This document shows, piece after piece, positions 1 through 10,255 of a DNA stretch of 64,000 bases (its first letter is position 1; every line of letters begins with the position of its first letter). A program made the translations under genes and the position numbers. A model generated the notes under the pieces. The model ran no database searches and was not told the DNA's origin. It saw only the letters and a list, made by a program, of their open reading frames with translations. The stretch is from an uncultured Bifidobacteriaceae bacterium (GTDB taxonomy: Bacteria > Bacteroidota > Bacteroidia > Chitinophagales > UBA10324), in NCBI GenBank assembly GCA_964640655.1, contig CAZXFT010000006.1, positions 73,686 through 137,685 of the forward strand, given 5' to 3'.

Positions 1-66
1 AACCTTGGTGAGGTTCGTATCAGTGCCGGTCTTGGGTTTAATATCAATGCTGTGAAACAGAAATAA
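1..66 (+). CDS. 3' end of an unidentified gene (partial; 5' part lies outside the window)
   Basis: A frame-1 ORF runs from the window edge to TAA at 64-66 (..NLGEVRISAGLGFNINAVKQK*). The alternating hydrophobic pattern is compatible with a beta-barrel C-terminus. Confidence 0.25.
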   Translation, partial: NLGEVRISAGLGFNINAVKQK

Positions 67-124
67 TTCCTGATGTTTTTCAATTAGAGGAAGTTCGTAA
101 AACAATATTTTTTACTTTTATATA

Positions 125-670
125 ATGTATATCACTTATCAGCTTGATGAGAATGATTTCCTGATGTATCAGCTATTCGTTGCTTCACGCTCGCGACGAA
201 TCATAACTAAAAGACAAAGAAGTAGGTTAATTTTTGCTGTTGCGTATATAGCTGCCGGCTTATACTTCTACCTGCGAACTCAAATGGTTCTAGCATTTAC
301 ATTTACAGGATTTGGTATGTTGTGGTATGTCATGTACCCTTTATGGACGCGGTGGATTTACAAGCAACATTATAGAAATTATATCAGAGAAAATTATCAA
401 GGCCGTGTAGGTAAAACCGGCAGATTAGAAATTCATAATGACCTCATTATTGCTCGAGATGAAGCGAGCGAAAGTAAAATACAGATTACCGAAGTAGAAG
501 CAATATTTGAGATACCCTCCTTTATCTTTATCAAAATCAAAAATGGTCACTACTTCATTTTACCTCAAAATAAAATTCAACCATTCGATGAGCTCAGAAA
601 TACGCTTCTTGAAATAGCAGCGCAATTACACATTCCTTACAGTAAGGATGCTGATTGGCAATGGAAGTAA
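125..670 (+). CDS. hypothetical membrane protein (YcxB-like architecture)
   Basis: 181-aa ORF with an ATG start. Two adjacent hydrophobic helices (about residues 35-75) are followed by a soluble domain. No diagnostic motif was found. Confidence 0.45.
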   Translation: MYITYQLDENDFLMYQLFVASRSRRIITKRQRSRLIFAVAYIAAGLYFYLRTQMVLAFTFTGFGMLWYVMYPLWTRWIYKQHYRNYIRENYQGRVGKTGRLEIHNDLIIARDEASESKIQITEVEAIFEIPSFIFIKIKNGHYFILPQNKIQPFDELRNTLLEIAAQLHIPYSKDADWQWK

Positions 671-926
671 TTGCTGGGTAAGGAAGAAAATTATTGTTCC
701 AAAAATCAATCATCAATACACATAACTCCTTCATCAACCTGAGCCATCAAACACTACTTCTCTCAGAATGCTGATTTCTCATTAGCTCAAATTTTGAATT
801 GATAACAGGATAAATAAAACATCTATCTGAGGAATAGTAGACTGAGAATTTCATGATTAATCGCTTCCGATATATATTCTTAATCAATATAAAAAAGCAT
901 GAACTTTTATCTAAGCAGAATATTTT

Positions 927-1403
927 CTATTTACTATTTATCGCTTTTCTATACTGTGCAGCTTCTCTGAAATATTTCAAAGGCACCATCAACATTCCAA
1001 AACACTCCCCTTCTTCCTTTCCCAAATGTTTATGATGCACCTTATGTGCTTTGCGAATGGCACGGAAGTATAGATTATCGGTGCGTGAAAACCAGGAGAA
1101 GCGCTGATGAATTAATACATCGTGTACCAAAAAATAACAGATTCCATAAAAAAGAATACCCAATCCAATATAGAACCGAAAATCGAAACCTGCTTCGGCT
1201 CCAAAGAATATAAGCAACGAAGAAGGAACAGCATATATCAGAAAGAAGAAATCGTTTTTTTCGAAAAAGCCTGGCCGCACCTGATGATGATCTTCATGAA
1301 AGTACCACATAAAACCGTGCATCACAAACTTGTGAGTGAACCAGGCCATAAACTCCATAAAGAAGAAAGTAGCAATAATAATGATCAAATAAAAGGGTGT
1401 CAT
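927..1403 (-). CDS. crtZ: beta-carotene 3-hydroxylase
   Basis: His boxes HKFVMHG, HEDHH, HDVLIHQ and HKVHHKH, plus hydrophobic segments. The 158-aa size is typical of CrtZ (fatty-acid hydroxylase superfamily). Confidence 0.85.
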   Translation of the reverse strand: MTPFYLIIIIATFFFMEFMAWFTHKFVMHGFMWYFHEDHHQVRPGFFEKNDFFFLIYAVPSSLLIFFGAEAGFDFRFYIGLGILFYGICYFLVHDVLIHQRFSWFSRTDNLYFRAIRKAHKVHHKHLGKEEGECFGMLMVPLKYFREAAQYRKAINSK

Positions 1404-1416
1404 ACTAGATGCAAAG

Positions 1417-2262
1417 TTAATAACTCATCAGGTGATCGCGAACCGCTTCCATCAACCACATTGGCGTAGAAGTCGCACCACAGATACCAACGCTATCGCC
1501 GGTTTCAAACCATTCAGGCTTAATTTCGGATATCGATGAGATAAAATGAGTATTTGGATTTGTTGCCTTGCAGGTATTGAACAACACTTTACCATTTGAA
1601 GATTTTACACCAGCAATGAAAATAACTTTATCGTATCTTGTAACGAAGCGCTTAAGTTGCTCATCGCGATTGCTCACCTGACGGCATATTGTGTCATTGG
1701 TGGTCACTTCAAAGCCATTCTCTTTTAATCTGGCATCAACATCAAAAAGCAGTTGTGTGCTTTTTGTTGTTTGACTATACAGGCTAAACCTTTTAGGCAG
1801 AGTATCTAACATAAGTTCTTCAAACTTTTCAAAGACTACTGCTTTACCATTTGTTTGACCCAATAAACCTGCAACTTCAGCATGCCCGTGCTTGCCCAGT
1901 AGGTAAATGGTTTCACCTTTATCGTGTGCGGCTTTAACCCGCTGTTGTAACTTAAGCACTACCGGACAGGAGGCATCAATAAGTTGAATGTTGTTGTTGA
2001 TGGCAAGTTCATAGGTGGAAGGTGGTTCGCCGTGTGCACGAATTAACACCTTAACATCTCTGAGTTCCTTGAGTTTTTCATGATTAATAATGACCAGTCC
2101 CATTTTTCGGAGGCGGAATATTTCCTCGTCGTTGTGTACTATGTCGCCAAGACAGTAAAGTAAGCCATCTTCTCGTAAAATATCTTCAGCCATTTGTATG
2201 GCGTATACAACACCGAAACAAAACCCCGATTGCTGATCGATAGTAACCTGTAAGGACAACAT
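1417..2262 (-). CDS. ispH: 4-hydroxy-3-methylbut-2-enyl diphosphate reductase
   Basis: LytB/IspH signature regions SGFCFGV, AHGEPPSTY, DASCPVV and DTICRQV. The start is set at the second ATG (MLSLQVTIDQQSGFCFGV). An ATG at 2277 is an alternative. Confidence 0.9.
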   Translation of the reverse strand: MLSLQVTIDQQSGFCFGVVYAIQMAEDILREDGLLYCLGDIVHNDEEIFRLRKMGLVIINHEKLKELRDVKVLIRAHGEPPSTYELAINNNIQLIDASCPVVLKLQQRVKAAHDKGETIYLLGKHGHAEVAGLLGQTNGKAVVFEKFEELMLDTLPKRFSLYSQTTKSTQLLFDVDARLKENGFEVTTNDTICRQVSNRDEQLKRFVTRYDKVIFIAGVKSSNGKVLFNTCKATNPNTHFISSISEIKPEWFETGDSVGICGATSTPMWLMEAVRDHLMSY

Positions 2263-2313
2263 CGCACATTGTAACATTTAACCTTGTGCATTGTTTAATA
2301 ATTATTTTAGAAA

Positions 2314-5300
2314 TTAATTCTCGTTCACAAAGCGCTGCACATCGGCAACAAGCTTAGTGAAATCGGTCTTGATTCCCGGCCAGAATTGTTCAACTTCAAT
2401 ATGATTAGCTGCTTTGGCAGAGGCTTCCATTTTACGCATATTCTCGGTCAATACAGCATAATTAAATGCAGAAATAGTACCGCGCATCTTATGTGATATT
2501 TCGTTCACCTCTTTCATATCGCGTCCGTTAACAGCCATTTCCAATGAGTTGATTTGTTTGTCGGCTGACTTAAGCAACAATCCGGAAATATCTTTCATCA
2601 AACCAAGATCGTTCATACACTGCTCCTTGAACTTGTAGATATCAAAACAATATCCATTTTTAAGTTGCAATTCTTTCTTTGATACTGCCTGAATAGTATT
2701 ATCAATTGGTGCGTCTATAGTTCCAAATATAGACGCCAACAAGTCAAATACTTGTTCTGTTTTGATAGGTTTTGAAATGTAATGATCCATACCGGCTTCT
2801 ATACATAGGTCTTTGAACATTTTAATAGCATGTGCGGTCATTGCTATAATAGGGATGTGGTCTCCACGCTCCTTTTCTATCTCACGTATGCTACGTGTGG
2901 CTTCATAACCGTCCATTTCAGGCATTTGGACATCCATCAGTATCACATCATACTTATTGATCTTAAATAAGTTAACTGCTTCTAATCCATTATGGGCTAT
3001 GGTAATATCGTGCCCCTGATTACCGAATACTGCACGACCTAGTTTCTGATTAATTACATCATCCTCAGCATACAGAATTTTTAAAGGTCTTACCTGTTTA
3101 TGAATGGGAGCAATAACCTGTTTTTCGCGAATAACACTTCGGTTAGATTTTTGACGGAACATTTTGTTGATTTCAACCAGAAGTTCCTTGGTCAATACCG
3201 GCTTGGTTAGAAATCCGTCTAACTGATGTTCAGCCATTCCCTGTTCATCTAATGAAAGATTCAAGCTTGATAGAATGACAATTTTTGGGAAGCCATATAT
3301 GGCTTCATTTTGTCTAATATAATCCGTTAGCATCAATCCATCCATCTCCGGCATTTGCATATCAAGAATCAAAAGATCATATAAATTTGATTTTGCCGCA
3401 GCTTCATTCAATTTTTGAATACAATCAGGACCATCTTCTGCAATACTTAACACTCCTACCAGCTTGGACAACTGACCGTCGAGGATTCGTCTGTTTGTTG
3501 CATTATCATCAACCACCATCACAGTCATTGATTTTAAGAAATCTATGTTAACCGGCAACGCATCCTGAACTGCTATACCTATACCAAAATTTACTGTGAA
3601 ATGAAAAACACTACCCTTGCCCAATGTACTGTTCACAAACATTTGACCCTCCATCATATTAACCAATTTACGAGTGATGGTTAATCCCAAACCTGTTCCG
3701 CCATACTTTCGTGTAGTTGACCCATCGGCTTGCTGGAATGGTTCAAAAATGTTTTTGATTTTGTCTTCAGGAATACCAATTCCTGTGTCAGAAACATATA
3801 CATGTAGTGTAGCTTGTTGGTCGTTTTTATTTTCAACTACAACACGAACAGATACCTCTCCTACTGAAGTAAACTTTAATGCATTACCAACAAGGTTTAC
3901 TAATATCTGACGGAAACGACCCGGGTCTCCAATAAGAACTTCCGGTAGGTCATCATTGATTTCAAGTATAAGTTCAATACCTTTTTCTTTAGCCTTAATT
4001 AATAACAGACGTAAAGTTTCACTTATAACTTCGCGAGGGTCGAATTCAATAAATTCCAAATCCAGTTTACCTGCTTCAATTTTGGAAAAGTCGAGTATGT
4101 CGTTTATAACTATTAGCAGGTTTTCGGCTGAAGTTTTTACTAAATCAACGTAACCACGTTGTTCATCACTGAGCTTTGTTGCTAAAGCCAAATCAGTCAT
4201 ACCCAGAATACCGTTCATTGGTGTTCTGATTTCGTGACTCATATTAGCGAGGAACTCACTTTTTGCTCTGTTCGCACTTTCAGCAGCATCCTTAGCCCGC
4301 AATAATTGTATCTCGGCATTCTTAGCAGGTGTAACATCACTTGCCGTGCCACGATAACCAATAATATTACCTTGAATATCGTAGTAAGGTGTGCCACTCA
4401 TTGAAAGATAAATCTCCTCACGACGTTTGGTATAAATCTGAATTTCTATGTTTTTAAATGGATGTCCTTCCGAAAATATTTTCTTCATCAAAGACATATC
4501 ATTCAATTTGCTGGATGCGAGCAAATCGTAAAATGTTTTACCATACAACTCACCTGGCATATATCGGATTGCAGTGAAAACGCGCTCTGATAAATAGGTA
4601 AGTTCAAGTTTCTGATTGGTTTCCCAAATAAACTCACCAGCTGCATCGGTAACATCACGAAAACGTTGATCACTGATGCTTAATGCAATTTCAGTCTTCT
4701 TACGATTGCTAATCTCATCTTTGAGTTCTTCTTTTTGTGAGAAAGACTTTAATAAAGAGCGCGCTAACGCGCCAAACTCATTGTTTTCTTCAGACAAACC
4801 TCTGATCTCAATAGGATTTTCTGTGGCTAATGATTTGGTAATACTGGCTAATGGCGAAGTAATCCAGTTGTAAATCATTACCAATAAAAGCAACAAAATG
4901 GCAATACAAAAGATCAGGTTATAATAAAAGTTTCTGTTCGATGAATCCATAAACTGCAGATACATCAATGCAGGAACTTCTATGGAAACATAAGCAAGTG
5001 TATTTCCGTCTATATCTGCTAAGGGACGCAACGATGTAAAAGAATTTTTATCCTTTAGGTTGTTTAATGACCCAAGACATTCGTTTTCGTCTTTGCCAAA
5101 GCATAGTTTGATAGTTCCGTTTGTTAACAGGCCTAATTCGTTCAGGTATAGTTCATCCCAAAGTCTTGCTACAAACAAATATCCGCCTCTAGTACTTTTG
5201 CGTTCACGGTCGTTGCGCTTGTGTATGGGAGCACCACGCATTTCAATAACTGAGTTGTTGTGTTTAACAAAAAACTGCGGATATACATTGGATGTAATAG

Positions 5301-5754
5301 TGTTGTTGGATGCAAATAATTTTTTGATTTCAACAGGGTTCAAATACAATGCATCACTCATATTTTTGTAACTGTCATACGCAGAGTAAACCGTATTAAA
5401 AGATGTATCCAGCACCCAAACTGTTGAGTAACCATATTCATTGATTAAGGAGTTGATAGTGTTTCTCTCTATAAAATTTACCTCTTTAGCATTCTCCTTT
5501 TTTGTAATGGTGTCGGATATGATGTTCACATAATTGAACAATAAATCCGATAACGAAAACTCGTTTGTTACAATACGAAGATCTTCACTTTTCAGTTCAA
5601 TGATCTTTGACATGTTCACGCTATTCTCACGTATTTTCAGTTCAATTAATTCATTGAATGATTGTGATTCAAAGTATTTATTTAGCCCAAATCCGGCTAG
5701 GAAGAGAACAAAAAATAGTGTTGTTATTAATATAATACGAAACTGAATCTTCAT
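2314..5754 (-). CDS. hybrid sensor histidine kinase / response regulator (sensor domain, PAS, HisKA, HATPase, 2x REC, HPt)
   Basis: An N-terminal TM, an extracytoplasmic region of about 270 aa and a second TM. These are followed by a PAS-like segment, the H-box [17 protein letters not shown] (ATPase G2), two receivers ([20 protein letters not shown]) and a C-terminal HPt (HKMRGT). Confidence 0.9.
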   Translation of the reverse strand: MKIQFRIILITTLFFVLFLAGFGLNKYFESQSFNELIELKIRENSVNMSKIIELKSEDLRIVTNEFSLSDLLFNYVNIISDTITKKENAKEVNFIERNTINSLINEYGYSTVWVLDTSFNTVYSAYDSYKNMSDALYLNPVEIKKLFASNNTITSNVYPQFFVKHNNSVIEMRGAPIHKRNDRERKSTRGGYLFVARLWDELYLNELGLLTNGTIKLCFGKDENECLGSLNNLKDKNSFTSLRPLADIDGNTLAYVSIEVPALMYLQFMDSSNRNFYYNLIFCIAILLLLLVMIYNWITSPLASITKSLATENPIEIRGLSEENNEFGALARSLLKSFSQKEELKDEISNRKKTEIALSISDQRFRDVTDAAGEFIWETNQKLELTYLSERVFTAIRYMPGELYGKTFYDLLASSKLNDMSLMKKIFSEGHPFKNIEIQIYTKRREEIYLSMSGTPYYDIQGNIIGYRGTASDVTPAKNAEIQLLRAKDAAESANRAKSEFLANMSHEIRTPMNGILGMTDLALATKLSDEQRGYVDLVKTSAENLLIVINDILDFSKIEAGKLDLEFIEFDPREVISETLRLLLIKAKEKGIELILEINDDLPEVLIGDPGRFRQILVNLVGNALKFTSVGEVSVRVVVENKNDQQATLHVYVSDTGIGIPEDKIKNIFEPFQQADGSTTRKYGGTGLGLTITRKLVNMMEGQMFVNSTLGKGSVFHFTVNFGIGIAVQDALPVNIDFLKSMTVMVVDDNATNRRILDGQLSKLVGVLSIAEDGPDCIQKLNEAAAKSNLYDLLILDMQMPEMDGLMLTDYIRQNEAIYGFPKIVILSSLNLSLDEQGMAEHQLDGFLTKPVLTKELLVEINKMFRQKSNRSVIREKQVIAPIHKQVRPLKILYAEDDVINQKLGRAVFGNQGHDITIAHNGLEAVNLFKINKYDVILMDVQMPEMDGYEATRSIREIEKERGDHIPIIAMTAHAIKMFKDLCIEAGMDHYISKPIKTEQVFDLLASIFGTIDAPIDNTIQAVSKKELQLKNGYCFDIYKFKEQCMNDLGLMKDISGLLLKSADKQINSLEMAVNGRDMKEVNEISHKMRGTISAFNYAVLTENMRKMEASAKAANHIEVEQFWPGIKTDFTKLVADVQRFVNEN

Positions 5755-5800
5755 ATAGGGGCTAAATAACCAGGTGTTTTAGGTTTGATTAGGTATGAAA

Positions 5801-6628
5801 TTACTTTTTTGAAAAACTGTATGCTACCGTTAATCCACCGTTAGCTAATACACCTTTACGCTGGTTAGAATATGAACGCATAAAATTACTAAACAGACTG
5901 AACTGTGGTTTAAAGGTTATCCGATCAGAAACTTCATAGGTTGCAAACAACTCAACCCTTGAATTACGCAATGTTTGAGGTGCGTTGTTCTTAGATTTGA
6001 TAATAAATTCTGATTTAGGTTGAACCGGAACAAAAAATTCAGTGAAAGCAGCATTTCCCCAACCCATTAAAACCCGGGTATCTATACTTAAGCGATGATT
6101 TACACGAGCTTCCTTATAAAAACCATACTCAACTTGAAATGCTCCAAAATTTCCACACACATCAACCATTGGATTAATCATAACACCTACCGGCTCTAGT
6201 TCATATTTTACTGCAGTGCTGAGTAAGGTGGTGAAGATGTTTTTAAAGTTAGAAGGATAGAAAAATGATGTCAGCTGAGGAACTACAGATAACTGTTGCG
6301 TTAATCTTTTTTCATAGCTTACAAATAAGTTTATGTCCGGATTGTATTTGCTGCCGTTATTAACCATTAGAGGCATGTGACTCCAACTTTGAATCTTTAA
6401 ATCTCCGTATTGAGCCAACAAACTAGGACGGGTTACCACACCGGAGTAAAATTCAATCCCTTTCCAGACATAACTGTTCGTAAGGGTTTGTTCTGTGCTG
6501 TATTTCCAATGAGGTTTTTCCTTAAACACAGTTGTGTCAGTAGCAATCAGGAGACCTGAGGCTTCTTGTGCATAGGATGATACCGTAATTAACATACAGA
6601 TAATCAACAAATTGTAATGAATTTTCAT
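5801..6628 (-). CDS. hypothetical outer-membrane beta-barrel protein
   Basis: Signal peptide (..VSSYAQE), alternating amphipathic strands throughout, and aromatic-rich C-terminal strands. No family was recognised. Confidence 0.45.
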   Translation of the reverse strand: MKIHYNLLIICMLITVSSYAQEASGLLIATDTTVFKEKPHWKYSTEQTLTNSYVWKGIEFYSGVVTRPSLLAQYGDLKIQSWSHMPLMVNNGSKYNPDINLFVSYEKRLTQQLSVVPQLTSFFYPSNFKNIFTTLLSTAVKYELEPVGVMINPMVDVCGNFGAFQVEYGFYKEARVNHRLSIDTRVLMGWGNAAFTEFFVPVQPKSEFIIKSKNNAPQTLRNSRVELFATYEVSDRITFKPQFSLFSNFMRSYSNQRKGVLANGGLTVAYSFSKK

Positions 6629-6727
6629 AGTGAAAGACGATTTTGATGTTTAGATAATCGGCTCTCATTACGAAAGTTATTTTGAATTGTTATTAATGGC
6701 TACCTATTTGTAGGTATTTTATTTGAA

Positions 6728-7420
6728 TTACGCCTGAACTCGGCGTTTTTCTGACCATTCGAAGATGGTAATATTCATCATTAAAAGTACGAAAGAATAC
6801 ATTGTATCTTCAACCGGTATAGTGTGTATTCTGAATCCGCAGTTTTCATTGTCATTATAAAGCACAACCGGCATTGCTGTTAGAATTCCATTTACTACAA
6901 GAAATGGAATGAGATGAATGAGATAAGTTACTGAGATTACTTTTACAAACCGACCTTTGAAAATGAAATAGTAGATGATACTAATAATTGCAGAGAAAAC
7001 TGCAGTTACAAAAGTGTAGAGTTTAGAAAAACTAATGATGGCTATACAAGCAAAGAGTATGGTAAGAAAAAGAAAAAACTTCCCTGCTGTGCCGGAGCTG
7101 TTATCCATTGGCCAGCGTGTTCTGAAAATGATATAGATAAAAAGGCAACTAAAGGGAATAGTGAGAAAGAAAAGGCATTCCTCTAAGGGCAAATTATAGA
7201 TATTAATTCCGATAAGATATTGATAATTAAATGACCATACACCTGATTGTGTGAATAGAATGTCCCAAATAATAAAGAATGTCGCAATTAAAAAAACACC
7301 AGGTGCTAAGTGTAACCAATATCTGTGATAGGCTACCTTTTTGTCAAAACTCAGAGCAAGCGGCCCTAGTACCGTTAGTAAGTTGATGAGTAAATATGTA
7401 TATGGCTTTAGTGTATCCAT
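6728..7420 (-). CDS. lycopene cyclase domain-containing membrane protein (fused CrtYc/Yd type)
   Basis: 230 aa and polytopic. The N-terminus YLLINLLTVLGPLALSFDKK and an internally repeated TM pattern are typical of the small lycopene-cyclase-domain family. It sits in the crt cluster and overlaps the upstream ORF by 13 nt. Confidence 0.7.
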   Translation of the reverse strand: MDTLKPYTYLLINLLTVLGPLALSFDKKVAYHRYWLHLAPGVFLIATFFIIWDILFTQSGVWSFNYQYLIGINIYNLPLEECLFFLTIPFSCLFIYIIFRTRWPMDNSSGTAGKFFLFLTILFACIAIISFSKLYTFVTAVFSAIISIIYYFIFKGRFVKVISVTYLIHLIPFLVVNGILTAMPVVLYNDNENCGFRIHTIPVEDTMYSFVLLMMNITIFEWSEKRRVQA

Positions 7421-7908
7421 TGTTCCAACTGGTTCAACTCAGCATTAGAGCATAGTTTATGATACTTTAAAAATGCAATGACATTCTTTGCCGATGTTCT
7501 TCCGGCTATGGCTACATAGTTATTAAAATGAGATATAAGCACTTGCTTATCCTCTTTTATGTGATGGCTCATACCTAGGATTGAAGGCGTGTACTGTTCC
7601 ACAGTGAGTCGCAAATAACGAAACTCCGGATTTTTTGAGTCTTCTTGAATCACTTTTTCAAAAACATCTCCTGCCTGTGAAACTGTTTTAATTTTGGAAT
7701 AGGGATTTATCTGAAACTGAGCTGTTGACGCTGTCAATGCAGCAATGAATGCTGTGGTTGTAGGTGAAGGATTCCGTGTTTCTTTTAAAAACTTCAAATA
7801 AGCCATACATTGTTTTTCATCATTGACAATGTCAGAATAATTGTTTCTCAGATTAAGTAATGAAAATGAATCCTGAATAATAATCAGACACAGGATGAAA
7901 GGCATCAT
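7408..7908 (-). CDS. hypothetical protein embedded in the carotenoid operon
   Basis: 166-aa ORF with a hydrophobic N-terminus (MMPFILCLIII) and a predicted helical remainder. It overlaps the crtB stop by 4 nt (ATGA) and the cyclase start by 13 nt. No recognisable motif. Confidence 0.5.
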   Translation of the reverse strand: MMPFILCLIIIQDSFSLLNLRNNYSDIVNDEKQCMAYLKFLKETRNPSPTTTAFIAALTASTAQFQINPYSKIKTVSQAGDVFEKVIQEDSKNPEFRYLRLTVEQYTPSILGMSHHIKEDKQVLISHFNNYVAIAGRTSAKNVIAFLKYHKLCSNAELNQLEQWIH

Positions 7909-8741
7909 ATTTTGTTCAGCTTATTTACTACATAGCATTGTGCAAGCAGCCATGCCTTTTGTGAATCTGTAACTCTGAATCGGATTTGTTGTACAGCCGA
8001 CGCAGATTGTTGCTTAATTTTCTGAAAAAGTTTTTTATAATAAACATAAGCAAGATAAACACCAAGGCGTGAGCCAACAGGTAACATTCTTATTCCCTTC
8101 AATGCCTCATCAAAATCTGCCTGAATGTCTTTTTCAATTTCAAGTTTATCATGCTCTGAAAACTCTTTGAAGTTGACATTTGGAAAATAAACGCGACCAC
8201 GAACTATATAATCGCTTTTTAAGTCGCGTAGAAAATTGACTTTTTGAAAGGCAGCACCAAGCCTCCGTGCATATGGTTTGAGCCGTTCATACTCTTCTAC
8301 ATTGCCTTCGGTAAAAATATGCAGGCACATTAAACCTACTACTTCCGCCGAGCCATATATGTATTCATGATAACCACTTGAATCGTAATGATTTTTTTGT
8401 AGATCAAGTTCCATACTATACAGGAAAGCATCTGTCAGTTCCTTTTCAAATCCAAAACGATTTGCAACAAGTTGATAGGAATGCAAAACCGGATTTAAAC
8501 TTATCTTTTCTTCTAAAGCCCTGTATGTTTCATTTTTAAAACGCTCGAATAACTCATATTGATTGGTATGATAAAAGGTGTCAACAATCTCATCTGCATA
8601 ACGAACAAAGCCATATACTCCATAGACAGAATCGCGATATTCTTTGGCCAAGGTTCTGATGCCAAGCGAGAACGAAGTACTGTAAAGGTTCGTAATGACC
8701 TTACTGCTCTTTAATGCTGATTTATCAAATAACTCCATCAT
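7905..8741 (-). CDS. crtB: phytoene synthase
   Basis: YSTSFSLGIR.., YGFVRYADEIVD and DLQKNHY..Y.YGSAEVVG are squalene/phytoene synthase Asp-rich regions. The gene is adjacent to crtI. Confidence 0.9.
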   Translation of the reverse strand: MMELFDKSALKSSKVITNLYSTSFSLGIRTLAKEYRDSVYGVYGFVRYADEIVDTFYHTNQYELFERFKNETYRALEEKISLNPVLHSYQLVANRFGFEKELTDAFLYSMELDLQKNHYDSSGYHEYIYGSAEVVGLMCLHIFTEGNVEEYERLKPYARRLGAAFQKVNFLRDLKSDYIVRGRVYFPNVNFKEFSEHDKLEIEKDIQADFDEALKGIRMLPVGSRLGVYLAYVYYKKLFQKIKQQSASAVQQIRFRVTDSQKAWLLAQCYVVNKLNKI

Positions 8742-10209
8742 CTTGTAAAATACGTTCGGTTACTAAGTTTGAACTGATAACGACTATTGGCAAGCCGGTA
8801 CCAGGAGTTGTACTAGCTCCTACATAATATAAGTTACTGAATTCTTCATCTTTGTTAGATGGTCTGAAAGCGCCAATCTGTTTCATATCGTGCGCTAAGC
8901 CTAATCCACTTCCTTTATAAAGGTTAAACTTATCACGCCAATCAACCGGGGTGTAAATGGTTTTTGTTATAGTGTTTGCATGGATGTCATAACCTATTCG
9001 ATTCGATAAATCTTTGATGATATTGTCGGTTAACTGTTCTTTATCACTCCAATCACTTTTATAACGTAAATCGGGAACCGGGCACAGTATAAAGATATTT
9101 TCACATCCTTCGGGTGCACACTCAGGATTAGACTTTGAACTCACATTCACATAATAATAGGGCTTATCAGGACTTATTGATGTTGTGAATATTTTATCGG
9201 CGTATTGTTTAAAGTTATCGCCAAGGAAATAATTGTGATGATGAATATTATCTAGCTTTCCTTGTACACCAAGGTATATAGTAAATGGAGCTAAAGTCCA
9301 ATGCAGCGTATCGAGTTTATCCTCCGAATACTTTTTACGTTTTAACACTGAACCTCTAAAAGCTGCAGCATCGCTGTTAATTACAAACTTGTCCGATTTC
9401 CAGACACGACCGGTCTTGTCAATTAACTCTGCCTTGTTTCCTACTGTTTGTTTATAGGAAACTATTTCGGTGTTAAATACGAACTCAACCCCACGATTCT
9501 TTAGTATGTCAGTTATCTTGGTAACAATGTCATACATACCACCTTTCACATTCCAATAACCATCGTGTTGTAGTTCGGTATAGTTTAGTAAGCTGTATAC
9601 TGCAGGAGTGTTAAATGGTGTGGCACCCAAAAAAAATGCAACCAGAGAAAAAATGATTTTTACATCTTCGGATTCGAAGTGCTTGTCCAGTTCATTCCAC
9701 ATAGAGCGAAACATAAATGGCGCATGCTTTAATGGTACCGTAGATAAGGACATAAAATAGTGAAGCATAGTATTAAAGTTGCGCTTAATCACTTTATGTT
9801 CTGTATCGTGAAAAATGCTTGCTGCACGTTTCAAATATTTAGTGGCCTTGCGTTCAAAATCAGGTTCAATTTCCTGAAACTCTTTAGCCAGTTTATTTAA
9901 GTCTTTATGTATGAAATAGGGTTTTGAACGATTGGAGAAATAAACAGAATATACCGGGTTTAGCTCGTTAAAATGGAGTGGGTTCTTAATTCCGCAGTAA
10001 TTGAATAATTCTTCAAACTCATAACTCATACTAAAAAATGACGGACCTATGTCGAAACTGAAACCATCTTTAACCAATCGATTGAGTCTGCCGCCAGCCT
10101 GATGATGTTTATCTATGATAGTTACTTTGTAACCTTTAGAAGTTAGTCGAAGAGCTGTTGCTAATCCGCCAAGACCGGCACCAACAATTGTAACGTGTTT
10201 ACCCTGCAT
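8725..10209 (-). CDS. crtI: phytoene desaturase
   Basis: N-terminal FAD fold VTIVGAGLGGLATALRL and C-terminal YYVGASTTPGTGLP. The 494-aa size is typical of CrtI. Confidence 0.9.
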   Translation of the reverse strand: MQGKHVTIVGAGLGGLATALRLTSKGYKVTIIDKHHQAGGRLNRLVKDGFSFDIGPSFFSMSYEFEELFNYCGIKNPLHFNELNPVYSVYFSNRSKPYFIHKDLNKLAKEFQEIEPDFERKATKYLKRAASIFHDTEHKVIKRNFNTMLHYFMSLSTVPLKHAPFMFRSMWNELDKHFESEDVKIIFSLVAFFLGATPFNTPAVYSLLNYTELQHDGYWNVKGGMYDIVTKITDILKNRGVEFVFNTEIVSYKQTVGNKAELIDKTGRVWKSDKFVINSDAAAFRGSVLKRKKYSEDKLDTLHWTLAPFTIYLGVQGKLDNIHHHNYFLGDNFKQYADKIFTTSISPDKPYYYVNVSSKSNPECAPEGCENIFILCPVPDLRYKSDWSDKEQLTDNIIKDLSNRIGYDIHANTITKTIYTPVDWRDKFNLYKGSGLGLAHDMKQIGAFRPSNKDEEFSNLYYVGASTTPGTGLPIVVISSNLVTERILQDDGVI

Positions 10210-10255
10210 AAATAATAAAGTTTAACATATAAGCATGCTGATTGTTCGGTGCAAT

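Noticed and set aside
853-1035. 60-aa plus-strand ORF in the convergent spacer between the YcxB-like gene and crtZ.
   Set aside because: It runs into the 3' end of crtZ, has an Ile/Leu/Phe/Lys-rich AT-driven composition, and has no motif. It is most likely spurious.
1122-1469. 115-aa plus-strand ORF overlapping crtZ. Similar antisense ORFs lie inside long genes (for example 3674-3910, 5060-5371, 13465-13740, 23617-23928, 26753-27106, 40044-40361, 51110-51493, 59594-60004).
   Set aside because: Each lies entirely opposite a gene with clear family motifs. Their translations are low-complexity or Ser/Leu/Phe-rich, as expected for shadow frames in AT-rich DNA. None has independent start context or motifs.
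6701-6720. Hairpin TACCTA-tttg-TAGGTA followed by TTTTATTT, just downstream of the cyclase gene.
   Set aside because: The T-run follows the hairpin only on the plus strand, where no gene ends. On the transcribed minus strand it is followed by GCCAUUAA. A 6-bp AT-rich stem is too weak to call a terminator.
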